59,785 nt of DNA from Patescibacteria group bacterium (GTDB taxonomy: Bacteria; Patescibacteriota; Minisyncoccia; UBA6257; GWB1-50-10), in the NCBI GenBank assembly GCA_038065455.1, contig JBBTQX010000004.1, positions 71,157-130,941 of the forward strand. The letters run 5' to 3'. How positions within the stretch are numbered: position 1 is the first letter of the stretch; each line of letters begins with the position of its first letter. The notes beneath the pieces are model-generated. The model saw only the letters and a program-made list of their open reading frames with translations, had not been told where the DNA came from and made no database searches. Below, in pieces: positions 49,687 through 57,872 of this stretch. Position numbers and translations under genes: made by a program.

Positions 49687-51288
49687 TTATTTTATCACTC
49701 TTACTTCCGCCACATACCATTCGTTTACGTTGATGAATTTGTCGGTCGGGGAAGAGAGAAAGTTGCCTGCCGGGGGGCGGATGAAGCCGCCCAAATCGGC
49801 CGAATGGATGTAGATATAGGGGAGGGAAAAAAGGAAAATGGCCGGCGCGTCCGCCAATACCGTTTTCCGGGCCTGGTCGGCCAAATCCTTCTGTTTTGAT
49901 TCATCGGCCGTTTGCCGGACGTTCTCCATGATATTGTCCGCCTGCTGGTTTTGATAAAGGGCGAGGTTCAGGCCGGGGTAAAGGCTTTGGGAAGAATGCC
50001 AGAACGGGAAAATATCATTCGGATTCTCGAGGACGTTTCCGAAGAGCAGTATTTCGTAATCGCGGGATTTCACCGTTGCGTTGCCGGGCTCGTTCGGATT
50101 AAAGGTGATTATCCGCACCTGGTTTGCGCCGGCCTCCTCCCAATCTTTTTTGATAAGCTCGGCCGTCTTCTTCATAAATTCCGCGTCCGGTATGGTGAAA
50201 GTGATATCGACAGCCTCGTTTTTATTCTTCGCCTTGAAATCGGCGAGCATTTGTTTCGCGAGTTGCGGATTATACTCGGGCGAGGGGAGGCCGAGCGCGC
50301 CCGTTTTTTCGGCGTTCCCGCCGAGCGCCTCCTGGATAATCCTGTCCCGATTGACGGCGTAGGAAAGTGCAAGGCGAATATTTTTTTCCTTGAGGAGAGG
50401 ATTGCTGTTTTGATTGAAAAATATGGCATAGTAGTCGGACATTGGAATTTTTTCTTCCGCCACGCCTCTCGCGCCCGAAACGTCGAAGTCCACCGGAGCG
50501 GCGCTCCCGAACCCGTTTACTTCATGGAGCCTGGCGGCTTGCGAAAGGTCTGCGGAATTCTGAAAAAAGTTGAAATAGAAATCTTTTATGTAAGGTTCTT
50601 TACCGGAGTAATTTTCATTCGGCACGAAGTGATACCGGGTAATGAAGCCATCTTTCCTTTTTGTGAAACTTTCGAATTTATAAGGGCCGCTTCCGACCGG
50701 CTCCAGATTATAGTCCGAAAGCCGGAAATTTTCCGTCGGAATTCCGCCGAAAATATGCTTCGGAATGATGGGTAAGCGCTCGATGTTATTTTTGAAAAAT
50801 ACGTAAGGAAGAGGGAGTGTGAGTTTTATCTGAAGCTCGCTGCCCCGTTCCGCCGCCACGCCCTGCCAGCTCTTAAGAAAAGGGGAATTCACCTCCGGAT
50901 TTTGAACAGTCCGAATTGTGAAAATGATGTCATCCGAAGTGAGCGGCTCTCCGTCATCCCACTTCAAGCCTTCTTTCAATTTAAGATTGAAAATGCGGCC
51001 ATCGGAGCTTGCGTCGTAAACCGAGAGGAGTCCGCCCAAGCGGCTGAAAATCATCGAGGATATTTCCTGGTCAATCGGATTCTGCGAAGTAATTGGATTA
51101 AGGGCAATAGGCTGGCCGACGAAGCCTTCGTGGTACGCCCCGCCCTTAATCGGAACCATTATGCTGTTTTCACCCACAGCCAGAGCCAATCCCGAGATGC
51201 CGGAAATAAAGAAAACCGCGACGGCGGCGAAAAACACCTTTCTTTCGGAAAGGGAAAAAACGGAAAATATTTTTTTCATCAGGCGCAT
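49687..51288 (-). CDS. ABC transporter substrate-binding protein, family 5 (peptide/nickel type)
   Basis: 533 aa with an N-terminal TM/signal segment and SBP_bac_5-like sequence. No permease or ATPase genes lie nearby. Confidence 0.78.
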   Translation of the reverse strand: MRLMKKIFSVFSLSERKVFFAAVAVFFISGISGLALAVGENSIMVPIKGGAYHEGFVGQPIALNPITSQNPIDQEISSMIFSRLGGLLSVYDASSDGRIFNLKLKEGLKWDDGEPLTSDDIIFTIRTVQNPEVNSPFLKSWQGVAAERGSELQIKLTLPLPYVFFKNNIERLPIIPKHIFGGIPTENFRLSDYNLEPVGSGPYKFESFTKRKDGFITRYHFVPNENYSGKEPYIKDFYFNFFQNSADLSQAARLHEVNGFGSAAPVDFDVSGARGVAEEKIPMSDYYAIFFNQNSNPLLKEKNIRLALSYAVNRDRIIQEALGGNAEKTGALGLPSPEYNPQLAKQMLADFKAKNKNEAVDITFTIPDAEFMKKTAELIKKDWEEAGANQVRIITFNPNEPGNATVKSRDYEILLFGNVLENPNDIFPFWHSSQSLYPGLNLALYQNQQADNIMENVRQTADESKQKDLADQARKTVLADAPAIFLFSLPYIYIHSADLGGFIRPPAGNFLSSPTDKFINVNEWYVAEVRVIK

Positions 51289-51309
51289 TTCAAGAAACAG
51301 TTCAGCTTT

Positions 51310-51519
51310 TTATTTGACCAGGTTCAAAATGGCGAGCGCCGCGAAAATAACGGCGGCGCCGATGGTGCCCCAATAGACGAATTTTTCCAAGCCCCGACGG
51401 GTCTGATAAGGAGTCGCTCCCTGACCGCCGAAAACACCGGAAAGGCCGCTCGAGCGTTCTTGAATGAGAATAAGCCCGATAAGGATGAGTGATATGATTA
51501 TTTGAGCGATGATAAGCAT
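51310..51519 (-). CDS. secG: preprotein translocase subunit SecG
   Basis: MLIIAQIIISLILIGLILIQERSSGLSGVFGG. I chose the internal Met as the start to avoid overlap with the upstream gene. Confidence 0.85.
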   Translation of the reverse strand: MLIIAQIIISLILIGLILIQERSSGLSGVFGGQGATPYQTRRGLEKFVYWGTIGAAVIFAALAILNLVK

Positions 51520-51523
51520 GCCG

Positions 51524-51904
51524 TTATTTATAACCCATTCTTGCCGCGAAGCCGACAATCAGGTTCACGACGCTAATTATAATAGTGGCGAGGATCAAAG
51601 GCAAATATCCCGCGAAAGCGATGGGCGATCCGAAGCCAAGGATTTGGAGGAGATAAGGGACAAGGAAGAGTGAAACGGCGTTTATCACAATAATAAATAA
51701 TCCAAAAGTCAGTACGAGCAGGGGGCCGAGCATCATTTTAATAATGGGTCGGATGAAGGTATTAATGGCGGAGAGGACGAGGGCGGCGATAGCTAGGCCG
51801 ATTAGGTCGCCGTTCCAGATGAAGCCGGAGACCACGTTCGCCGCTATGAGTATCGCGACGGCATTCGTGAAGATATGGAATATGAAGCGGCCGATGACTT
51901 TCAT
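51524..51904 (-). CDS. holin family IV / DUF360 (YvlD-like) membrane protein
   Basis: 4-TM protein with FIRPIIKMMLGPLLVLTFGLF. Start chosen at MKVIGRF. Confidence 0.7.
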   Translation of the reverse strand: MKVIGRFIFHIFTNAVAILIAANVVSGFIWNGDLIGLAIAALVLSAINTFIRPIIKMMLGPLLVLTFGLFIIVINAVSLFLVPYLLQILGFGSPIAFAGYLPLILATIIISVVNLIVGFAARMGYK

Positions 51905-51908
51905 ATGT

Positions 51909-52511
51909 TTATTTGTTTTGGTCCGAATACCGGTCAAAGGCGGCCATTTTGTCCGCGAAGTTGCGGTTCAGAGCATTTATCAGAACTACCCGATTGTTTA
52001 TATCCCTCAAATTATCTCCAATTGTACCCCCGTTAGCGGTTCCGTTCGAGACCGATTTAGCCAAATTGTTCAGAAAGTCGTTCAAAGTGCCGGTGTATGA
52101 AATGAATTCGGAGACGAGCGAAAGTTCCATAGCGACGGCTTCGAAACCGATTTGTTGGCTTACGGATTGGACGCCCTTGAGCGATTCCGCCATCTGCTGG
52201 ATGGATTGGGAAAGTTCGAAAGCTTTCTGATAGGCGAGCGTATTCGATTTTTTTGCCTCTTCAATGAGTCCTAAAATTCTTTGAAGATCACCCTCCGATT
52301 CCGCCCGATTCGCCAGCTCTATACTCTTGCCGGTTTCGTTCGTGATGTTCACGATATCCTGGCTCACGATTGCGGCCTTCTGACGGGCAGCGGTAAAGTC
52401 GGCGGGAATAACCACTCCTTCAAGAGAACTCAAAAGATAAGCCAGTAGGCCGGCCACGATTAATATCGCGCCGACCGCCAATATAATCTTCTTTATAATC
52501 GTCTTTTCCAT
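51909..52511 (-). CDS. membrane-anchored hypothetical protein
   Basis: 200 aa with an N-terminal TM segment followed by a helical domain. Confidence 0.55.
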   Translation of the reverse strand: MEKTIIKKIILAVGAILIVAGLLAYLLSSLEGVVIPADFTAARQKAAIVSQDIVNITNETGKSIELANRAESEGDLQRILGLIEEAKKSNTLAYQKAFELSQSIQQMAESLKGVQSVSQQIGFEAVAMELSLVSEFISYTGTLNDFLNNLAKSVSNGTANGGTIGDNLRDINNRVVLINALNRNFADKMAAFDRYSDQNK

Positions 52512-52586
52512 ATCCGTTTAGCTATCGTAAAATCATAGCATGCCCCTTTGATTCTGTTCAAACTATATGCCATTATATAAGCGAAA

Positions 52587-52657
52587 GTGGGATTAGTTTA
52601 GTGGTAGAATGTTTGTTTTCCAAACAAAGGGCAGGAGTTCGATTCTCCTATCCCGCA
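52587..52657 (+). tRNA. tRNA-Gly (anticodon UCC)
   Basis: Acceptor GTGGGAT/ATCCCGC, anticodon loop TTTCCAA, T arm AGGAG-TTCGATT-CTCCT. A hairpin GGTTGAGT-attt-ACTCAACC follows. Confidence 0.9.
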
Positions 52658-52856
52658 CACTGGTTGAGTATTTACTCAACCTCAAAGAACCCTTTGTTTA
52701 AAAGGTTTTTTGTTTGTTAGAGTACCTCCAAAGAAAAAACACGGTGTGATAAATTGCCTCAAAGGACAATAATTCCCCTCTTCATAAAAAGTTCTAACCC
52801 TTTGGGAATCTCAGGATCTACGACATCGTGGACTAGGGCGCACAAAACACATTAAT

Positions 52857-53477
52857 ATGAAACTTTTTCTTACATCAAGCGTTCACGCCGTAGCGCATGA
52901 TATCACCAAGAAAGCAAACCTTTCCAAAGCTAAAAAACTTGTCTTTATAGATACCGCGGCGGAAATTGAGGAAGGGGACAAAACATGGCTTAAAAATGAC
53001 AGGCAAGCACTTATGGATGCCGGATTTGAAGTTGATGATTATTCGATTACCGGTAAATCAAGGAATCAGTTGGAAATCGATCTTGAAAAATTCGATTATA
53101 TTTATCTTTCCGGCGGGAACACTTCTTATCTTCTTCAAGAATCCCAAAAATCCGGATTCATATCCCTCGTTAAAAAATTGGTTCAAGAGAAAGAAAAAAT
53201 ATATATAGGAACCAGCGCCGGCTCAATAATCGCGGGACCGAAAATTCCCGAATATTTGGTGGATGATAATCCTAAATTGGAAGATACGAATGCATATAAT
53301 CTTGTTAATTTTACCGTTCTGCCACACTGGGGCTCCGAGGGTTTTAGGGAATTATATTTAGGCAAGAGATTAAAAATTGCTTACAAAAAAGATCAGATAC
53401 CGATTTTGCTTCTTACGGATAATCAGTATGTTTACGTTCAAAACGACCAATCTACGATTATCGACGTTAAAAAATAA
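52857..53477 (+). CDS. peptidase S51 (dipeptidase E-like)
   Basis: 206 aa with YLSGGNTSYLL and GTSAGSIIAG motifs. AT-rich. Confidence 0.78.
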   Translation: MKLFLTSSVHAVAHDITKKANLSKAKKLVFIDTAAEIEEGDKTWLKNDRQALMDAGFEVDDYSITGKSRNQLEIDLEKFDYIYLSGGNTSYLLQESQKSGFISLVKKLVQEKEKIYIGTSAGSIIAGPKIPEYLVDDNPKLEDTNAYNLVNFTVLPHWGSEGFRELYLGKRLKIAYKKDQIPILLLTDNQYVYVQNDQSTIIDVKK

Positions 53478-53486
53478 AATACTCAT

Positions 53487-53638
53487 AAAAAGCCAGAAGC
53501 GTTTTATAAGAAAACCGTTTCGCAGGCCGAACGGGCACGGTTCGAGCGAAGCGAGAGAGTGAGGCCGAGAGCGAGCGCAATCCGCCGGCTGGGGCGGATT
53601 GATAGCGTGTTTTCGAGTGAAATACTTCTGGCTTTTTT
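53487..53638 (+). terminator. long composite hairpin, a terminator-like structured element
   Basis: AAAAAGCCAGAAG ... CTTCTGGCTTTTTT encloses about 125 nt of GC-rich sequence with several internal hairpins (AATCCGCC-ggct-GGGGCGGATT). Confidence 0.45.
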
Positions 53639-53685
53639 ACTCCCCTTGTATTAGGCGTTTTTTCTGCTATTATAGCCATTACAAA

Positions 53686-53800
53686 CCGGGTAGTAGAACA
53701 TAGCTGCGCAACCCGGTAAAGGTCGGAAGGCGTAACGTTACACCCCGTTACACTTAACTCAAAAACTCTAGAAACAAATCTTCAAAAACCTCGTTTAACT
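53686..53800 (+). repeat. degenerate relative of the leader-element family (copy F) forming the sigma-factor leader
   Basis: It starts with CCGGGTAGTAGAA, identical to the 5' clamp of copy C, and contains AAAGGTCGGAA (53718-53728). The 3' arm has decayed to TTCAAAAACCTCG. Confidence 0.5.
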
Positions 53801-54370
53801 ATGGAAGACGAAAAGAAAGTCATTTTGAAGGCCAGGGATGGCAATGAGCAGGCTTTCGGCCAGCTTTACGATAAATATATGCCGGCCATTTACCGTTTCG
53901 TCTTTTTAAAAGTAGGCGGCCAAAAGGCCCAGGCGGAGGATATCTGCCACGAGGTTTTCTTGAGTGCCTGGCAGAGTATCGGCAAGTATCAATTCAAGGG
54001 CTATCCGTTTTCGAGCTGGTTGTACCGCATCGCGGGAAATGCCGTGATAGATTACTACCGAACAAAGAAACCGAATATCAGTCTCGAATTGGTTCCGGAA
54101 GAAGCGATGGTTTATGAAACCTCGCTCGCCGAAAAGCTCGACGACCAAGCGGATCTTCGGACGGTAAAATTCTGCCTGAAGAAACTGGAGCCGAGCTATC
54201 AGGATGTGCTCATCATGAAATTCGTGGAAGAACTTTCCAACAAGGAAATCGCGGCGGCCGTGGAAAAGAGCGAGGGCGCCGTAAGGGTCATTCAGCATCG
54301 GGCGCTGAAACAATTGAAAAAATACATAGAAGATGAACGATCGAATAATCCTACAATTAAAGAGGCTTAG
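53801..54370 (+). CDS. ECF-type RNA polymerase sigma-70 family factor
   Basis: 189 aa with region 2 (YRFVFLKV, DICHEVFL) and a region 4 HTH (NKEIAAAVEKSEGAVRVIQHRALKQL). Confidence 0.88.
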   Translation: MEDEKKVILKARDGNEQAFGQLYDKYMPAIYRFVFLKVGGQKAQAEDICHEVFLSAWQSIGKYQFKGYPFSSWLYRIAGNAVIDYYRTKKPNISLELVPEEAMVYETSLAEKLDDQADLRTVKFCLKKLEPSYQDVLIMKFVEELSNKEIAAAVEKSEGAVRVIQHRALKQLKKYIEDERSNNPTIKEA

Positions 54371-54794
54371 AGAAATCGAGCCGGAGGCTGGCTTTGTGGC
54401 CGGAAGCCGCCGGACGATTTTGGCGCTCAAGAAAGAACAGGTGCCGGTTTTCGTTTGGCCGAATTTGAGAATGGTCGGCGCTTTCGCCGGTTTGGTGGCG
54501 GTGCTCTCCGCAAGCATATTCTTTTTCTCCGGCCAGAATGCCCAAGAGGCGCTCGCGAGCCCAGAGGTTTTGAATAACGAATTTGCCGCTTTAAGCATAA
54601 ACATCGAGCTCCAGGAAATTTCCTATCGTCAGAACGTTAATAAAACTATTTCTTCGGCCATCTCCGAGATCGGCAGTACGAACGCCAACCACATGAATAA
54701 GGACGTTTTAAACGCCGAGAGCGAAAAATTCAATCTCGACACTTTGGAATCCAATCCGCAAATAGACCGGCTTTTGGAACAAGTTATTTTTTAA
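54333..54794 (+). CDS. putative membrane-anchored anti-sigma factor
   Basis: 153 aa. It overlaps the sigma gene and has a single TM segment (VGAFAGLVAVLSASIFFF). The call rests on position only. Confidence 0.45.
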   Translation: MNDRIILQLKRLREIEPEAGFVAGSRRTILALKKEQVPVFVWPNLRMVGAFAGLVAVLSASIFFFSGQNAQEALASPEVLNNEFAALSINIELQEISYRQNVNKTISSAISEIGSTNANHMNKDVLNAESEKFNLDTLESNPQIDRLLEQVIF

Positions 54795-54796
54795 AT

Positions 54797-55738
54797 ATGA
54801 ATAAATTTATTGTCATAGCGGCTGTCGCCGCAATCAGTTTTTCTTCCATCTTCGTATTGTCCGCGAGTTCGGCTCAAGCCGAAGAAACCAAAGGAGTCCA
54901 GAAGGCTTACGAAAACGCCAAGCAATATTTGGATGACCTCGTGACGGCGAAGGACGAGAATCAGGCCGACAATGTCGGATTGAGGGTGGAAACTTTCCGC
55001 CAGGTGCTTGATCTCGCAAAGGCTGAAGCGAAGGATTTCGAATTTAAGCTCATTACTGTCGACAAAGACGAAACTTTTGAAGCGTGGAAAAAAGAAGTGA
55101 TGGACAGCCTCACCAAAGATATGGTTTTTATCGATTCCCAAAAAGAGCTTTTGAGTGACATAAAATCCATCGATCTCGCGAAGGTGAAGAAAATCGCCAA
55201 GAATTTCAAGGCTTGGCGCGATGGGGAATATATGCCGCTTGCATCCCAAATCCAGGATTTTCTTCTGGTGAAACAGGAAGCCAAGGCGGTTCAAACGGCC
55301 CAAGCGCGTCTCCAGAAAATAACGACCGACATTAAAAACATCAAGCAACCCAAAATAACCGATTCCAAGGATATAAAGAATTTTTTGGATAAATCAAAAA
55401 CACTGATAAATCAGGCCGCCGAATTGAACAAGAAGGCCCTTAACATTTTTACGGAAAGATACGCGAATTCGAAAGATGCTTCTTCGACGGATATCATCGC
55501 GACTTCCACTATCGCTATGACGACCTCCACTGTTTCCGTGCCCATTCTGAATCTGGCAACTTCTTCCGTTCTCAATTCATCTTCTTCCCTGCCTGCGCAG
55601 GCAGGCCCGGCGGATGTATCCGCTTTTCCTCCCATCGTATCAATCAAGGACTTGGTAAGGTCCTCTTTGGATAAAATCAAAGAGTCTTATCAGGGATTTA
55701 TTGATATCAGTAACCTAGTGAGGAAGTTGCTGAAATAG
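54797..55738 (+). CDS. secreted helical hypothetical protein
   Basis: 313 aa with a signal peptide (..SSAQA/EE), a coiled-coil-like body and a Ser/Thr-rich segment. Confidence 0.55.
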   Translation: MNKFIVIAAVAAISFSSIFVLSASSAQAEETKGVQKAYENAKQYLDDLVTAKDENQADNVGLRVETFRQVLDLAKAEAKDFEFKLITVDKDETFEAWKKEVMDSLTKDMVFIDSQKELLSDIKSIDLAKVKKIAKNFKAWRDGEYMPLASQIQDFLLVKQEAKAVQTAQARLQKITTDIKNIKQPKITDSKDIKNFLDKSKTLINQAAELNKKALNIFTERYANSKDASSTDIIATSTIAMTTSTVSVPILNLATSSVLNSSSSLPAQAGPADVSAFPPIVSIKDLVRSSLDKIKESYQGFIDISNLVRKLLK

Positions 55739-55744
55739 CAAAAT

Positions 55745-55788
55745 AAAAAACTCCCCTTTCCACCGATTGGCGGATGGGGGAGTTTTTT
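55745..55788. terminator. bidirectional rho-independent terminator
   Basis: AAAAAACTCCCC-...-GGGGGAGTTTTTT, between convergent genes. Confidence 0.7.
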
Positions 55789-55811
55789 GTCGGTTCAATA
55801 AGGTCGGAAAT

Positions 55812-56087
55812 TTATTTAACCGCCTCTTTCAAGAGTTTTCCGGCGCGGAACTTGGGCTTCGTCGCTGCGGCAATTTGGATTTTTTCTCCCGTCTTCGGGT
55901 TAACACCCATCCGGGCCGCCCGTTTGGCTACCTTGAAGACGCCGAAACCGGTAATCGCGACTTCCTCGCCGCGAGCCAGGGTCTTTACGATCGTATCAAA
56001 AAGAGCGTCCACTGCCTGTTCGGATTGTTTTTTAGTTTCAATTCCGGCGGATTTCATTACCGCTTGCACGAGATCTGATTTTTTCAT
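55812..56087 (-). CDS. hup: DNA-binding protein HU
   Basis: 91 aa, MKKSDLVQAVM...GFGVFKV..RMGVNPKTGEKIQI. Confidence 0.93.
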   Translation of the reverse strand: MKKSDLVQAVMKSAGIETKKQSEQAVDALFDTIVKTLARGEEVAITGFGVFKVAKRAARMGVNPKTGEKIQIAAATKPKFRAGKLLKEAVK

Positions 56088-56150
56088 CTTTTTTGGTAAT
56101 CTTTTGATTCTTTTCCGACCTTTTTTAGATTAACCCCATTATAGCAGGTT

Positions 56151-57674
56151 TTATCTGGCAAATTCCACTGCCTTCACTTCCCGAATAACCGTCACTTTTA
56201 TCTCACCGGGATATTGGACGTCGGCTTGAATCTTACCTGCGATTTTTTTAGCCAGCTCCAGTGCGCCGAAATCGTCGATTTTCTCCGGCACGACGAAGAC
56301 CCGAACCTCCCGGCCGGCTGAAACGGCGTATGATTGTTTCACGCCCTCGAAGGTGTTCACGGCTTTTTCTATTTCCTGCAGACGTTTGATATATTTCTCG
56401 ATGGTATCGCGCCGGGCGCCGGGCCGGGCGGCAGAAATGGCGTCCGCGGCCGTCACGATGTAGGCCTCGGGCGTCGCATACGGATAATCGTCATGATGGG
56501 ATTCCATTGCGTGAATGACCGCTTCCGGCATATTGTACTTTTTGAGGAGTTTGCGGCCGATCTCGACGTGCGTACCTTCCACCTCGTGGTCGATGGCCTT
56601 GCCAATATCGTGGAGCAAGGCGCCTTTTTTCGTCGTTTCCACATTCAAATGAAGTTCGCTTGTGATCATTCCGGCGATATGAGTCATCTCAATGGAGTGG
56701 ATGAGCACATTCTGGCCATAGCTCGTGCGGAAGTTCAGCCGGCCCAGGAGATAAATAAGCTCTTTCGGCAAATCCATTATTCCGACTTCATAGGCCGCTT
56801 CCTCGCCGATTTTATGGATGCGGTTTTCGAGTTCTTGGCGCGCCTTCTCCACTTCCTCTTCTATTTTCGCTGGCTGGATGCGGCCATCTTTCAATAGTTT
56901 TTCAAGCGCCATTTTCGCGAGTTCGCGGCGCATCGGATCAAAAGATGAAATAGTAACGCTCTCGGGTGTTTCATCCATGATAAGTTCCACCCCGGTCAGC
57001 CGCTCGAAAGCGCGGATATTCCGTCCTTCTCGGCCGATAATTTTCCCTTTCAGTTCCTCGTTCGGAATGCTCACGACGCTCGTCGTTACATCCGCGATGG
57101 AGTTGCGCGCGTAGCGCTGAATTGCGCCAATGATTATCTCTTCGCCTTTTTTCTCGATTTCTTCATGGCGGTCACGTTCCAATTTGGAGATTGCATTCGC
57201 AATTTCCTGGCGATGGCTGGTTTCAAATTCGTCGAAGATGGCTTTCTTCGCTTCTTCGCGCGAAAGGCCGGCCACTCGTTCTATTTCGCGAATCGCTTTT
57301 TCGTGGAGTTCCTTCACCTCCTCCTCTTTTTTCTTGAACTCCTCGTCTTTTTCGGCGATGCGCCGATTCTGTTTTTCCAGTTCCTTTACGCTCGAGTCCA
57401 GTGAATCCTCCTTTTTTATCAAACGCTCTTCCAATCGCCGCAATTCCTGCTTGCGTTCCCTCTCTTCTTTTTGGGCCTCGGAGATAATGGAAGCCGCCTG
57501 CGTTTTCGCTTCAACGACTATTTCTTTCGACTGGGTTCCGGCCGCTTCAAGTTCTTTCTCCGCCTTCCGCTCCAATGAGGAGTGAAGTTGCTTGGCCATT
57601 CCCAGACGCAGGAAGTAGCCGATTACGATACCTAGAACCGCCAAACCGCCCGCTAATAGGGGGTCTTGAATCAT
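56151..57674 (-). CDS. rny: ribonuclease Y
   Basis: 507 aa with an N-terminal TM segment, coiled coil, KH domain and HD domain (LLHDIGKAIDHE). Confidence 0.93.
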   Translation of the reverse strand: MIQDPLLAGGLAVLGIVIGYFLRLGMAKQLHSSLERKAEKELEAAGTQSKEIVVEAKTQAASIISEAQKEERERKQELRRLEERLIKKEDSLDSSVKELEKQNRRIAEKDEEFKKKEEEVKELHEKAIREIERVAGLSREEAKKAIFDEFETSHRQEIANAISKLERDRHEEIEKKGEEIIIGAIQRYARNSIADVTTSVVSIPNEELKGKIIGREGRNIRAFERLTGVELIMDETPESVTISSFDPMRRELAKMALEKLLKDGRIQPAKIEEEVEKARQELENRIHKIGEEAAYEVGIMDLPKELIYLLGRLNFRTSYGQNVLIHSIEMTHIAGMITSELHLNVETTKKGALLHDIGKAIDHEVEGTHVEIGRKLLKKYNMPEAVIHAMESHHDDYPYATPEAYIVTAADAISAARPGARRDTIEKYIKRLQEIEKAVNTFEGVKQSYAVSAGREVRVFVVPEKIDDFGALELAKKIAGKIQADVQYPGEIKVTVIREVKAVEFAR

Positions 57675-57753
57675 ATTGTTTTATATTGGTTAAATTGTTT
57701 TTCATCGACGTTTTACCGTTTTTATTATATCGCTTACAATTAGCTTAATCAAT

Positions 57754-57872
57754 CCCGTTAGAGACGTAAAACTTTAGAATTATGAATTATTCCAATTACA
57801 ATCAAGTCGAATCAGCGAAATTAATCGAGGTGTCACGGATGCGCTTTTTAAGCGCATCCGGTCTCTAACGGG
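57754..57872 (+). repeat. inverted-repeat leader element, copy E (abuts the gpmI ATG)
   Basis: CCCGTTAGAGAC ... GTCTCTAACGGG followed directly by ATG at 57873. Length 119 nt. A local perfect hairpin GGATGCGCT-tttta-AGCGCATCC lies at 57836-57859. Confidence 0.85.

Noticed and set aside
51524-51904. Holin family IV gene as evidence of a prophage
   Set aside because: DUF360/YvlD-like proteins are widespread chromosomal membrane proteins. There are no phage structural, lysis or integrase genes nearby.
57754-57872. Interpretation of the CCCGTTAGA...TCTAACGGG elements as integron attC sites (GTTRRRY / RYYYAAC cores)
   Set aside because: The cores do not fit the consensus exactly and no intI is present. 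The elements lie upstream of housekeeping genes on both strands rather than at the 3' ends of co-oriented cassettes.
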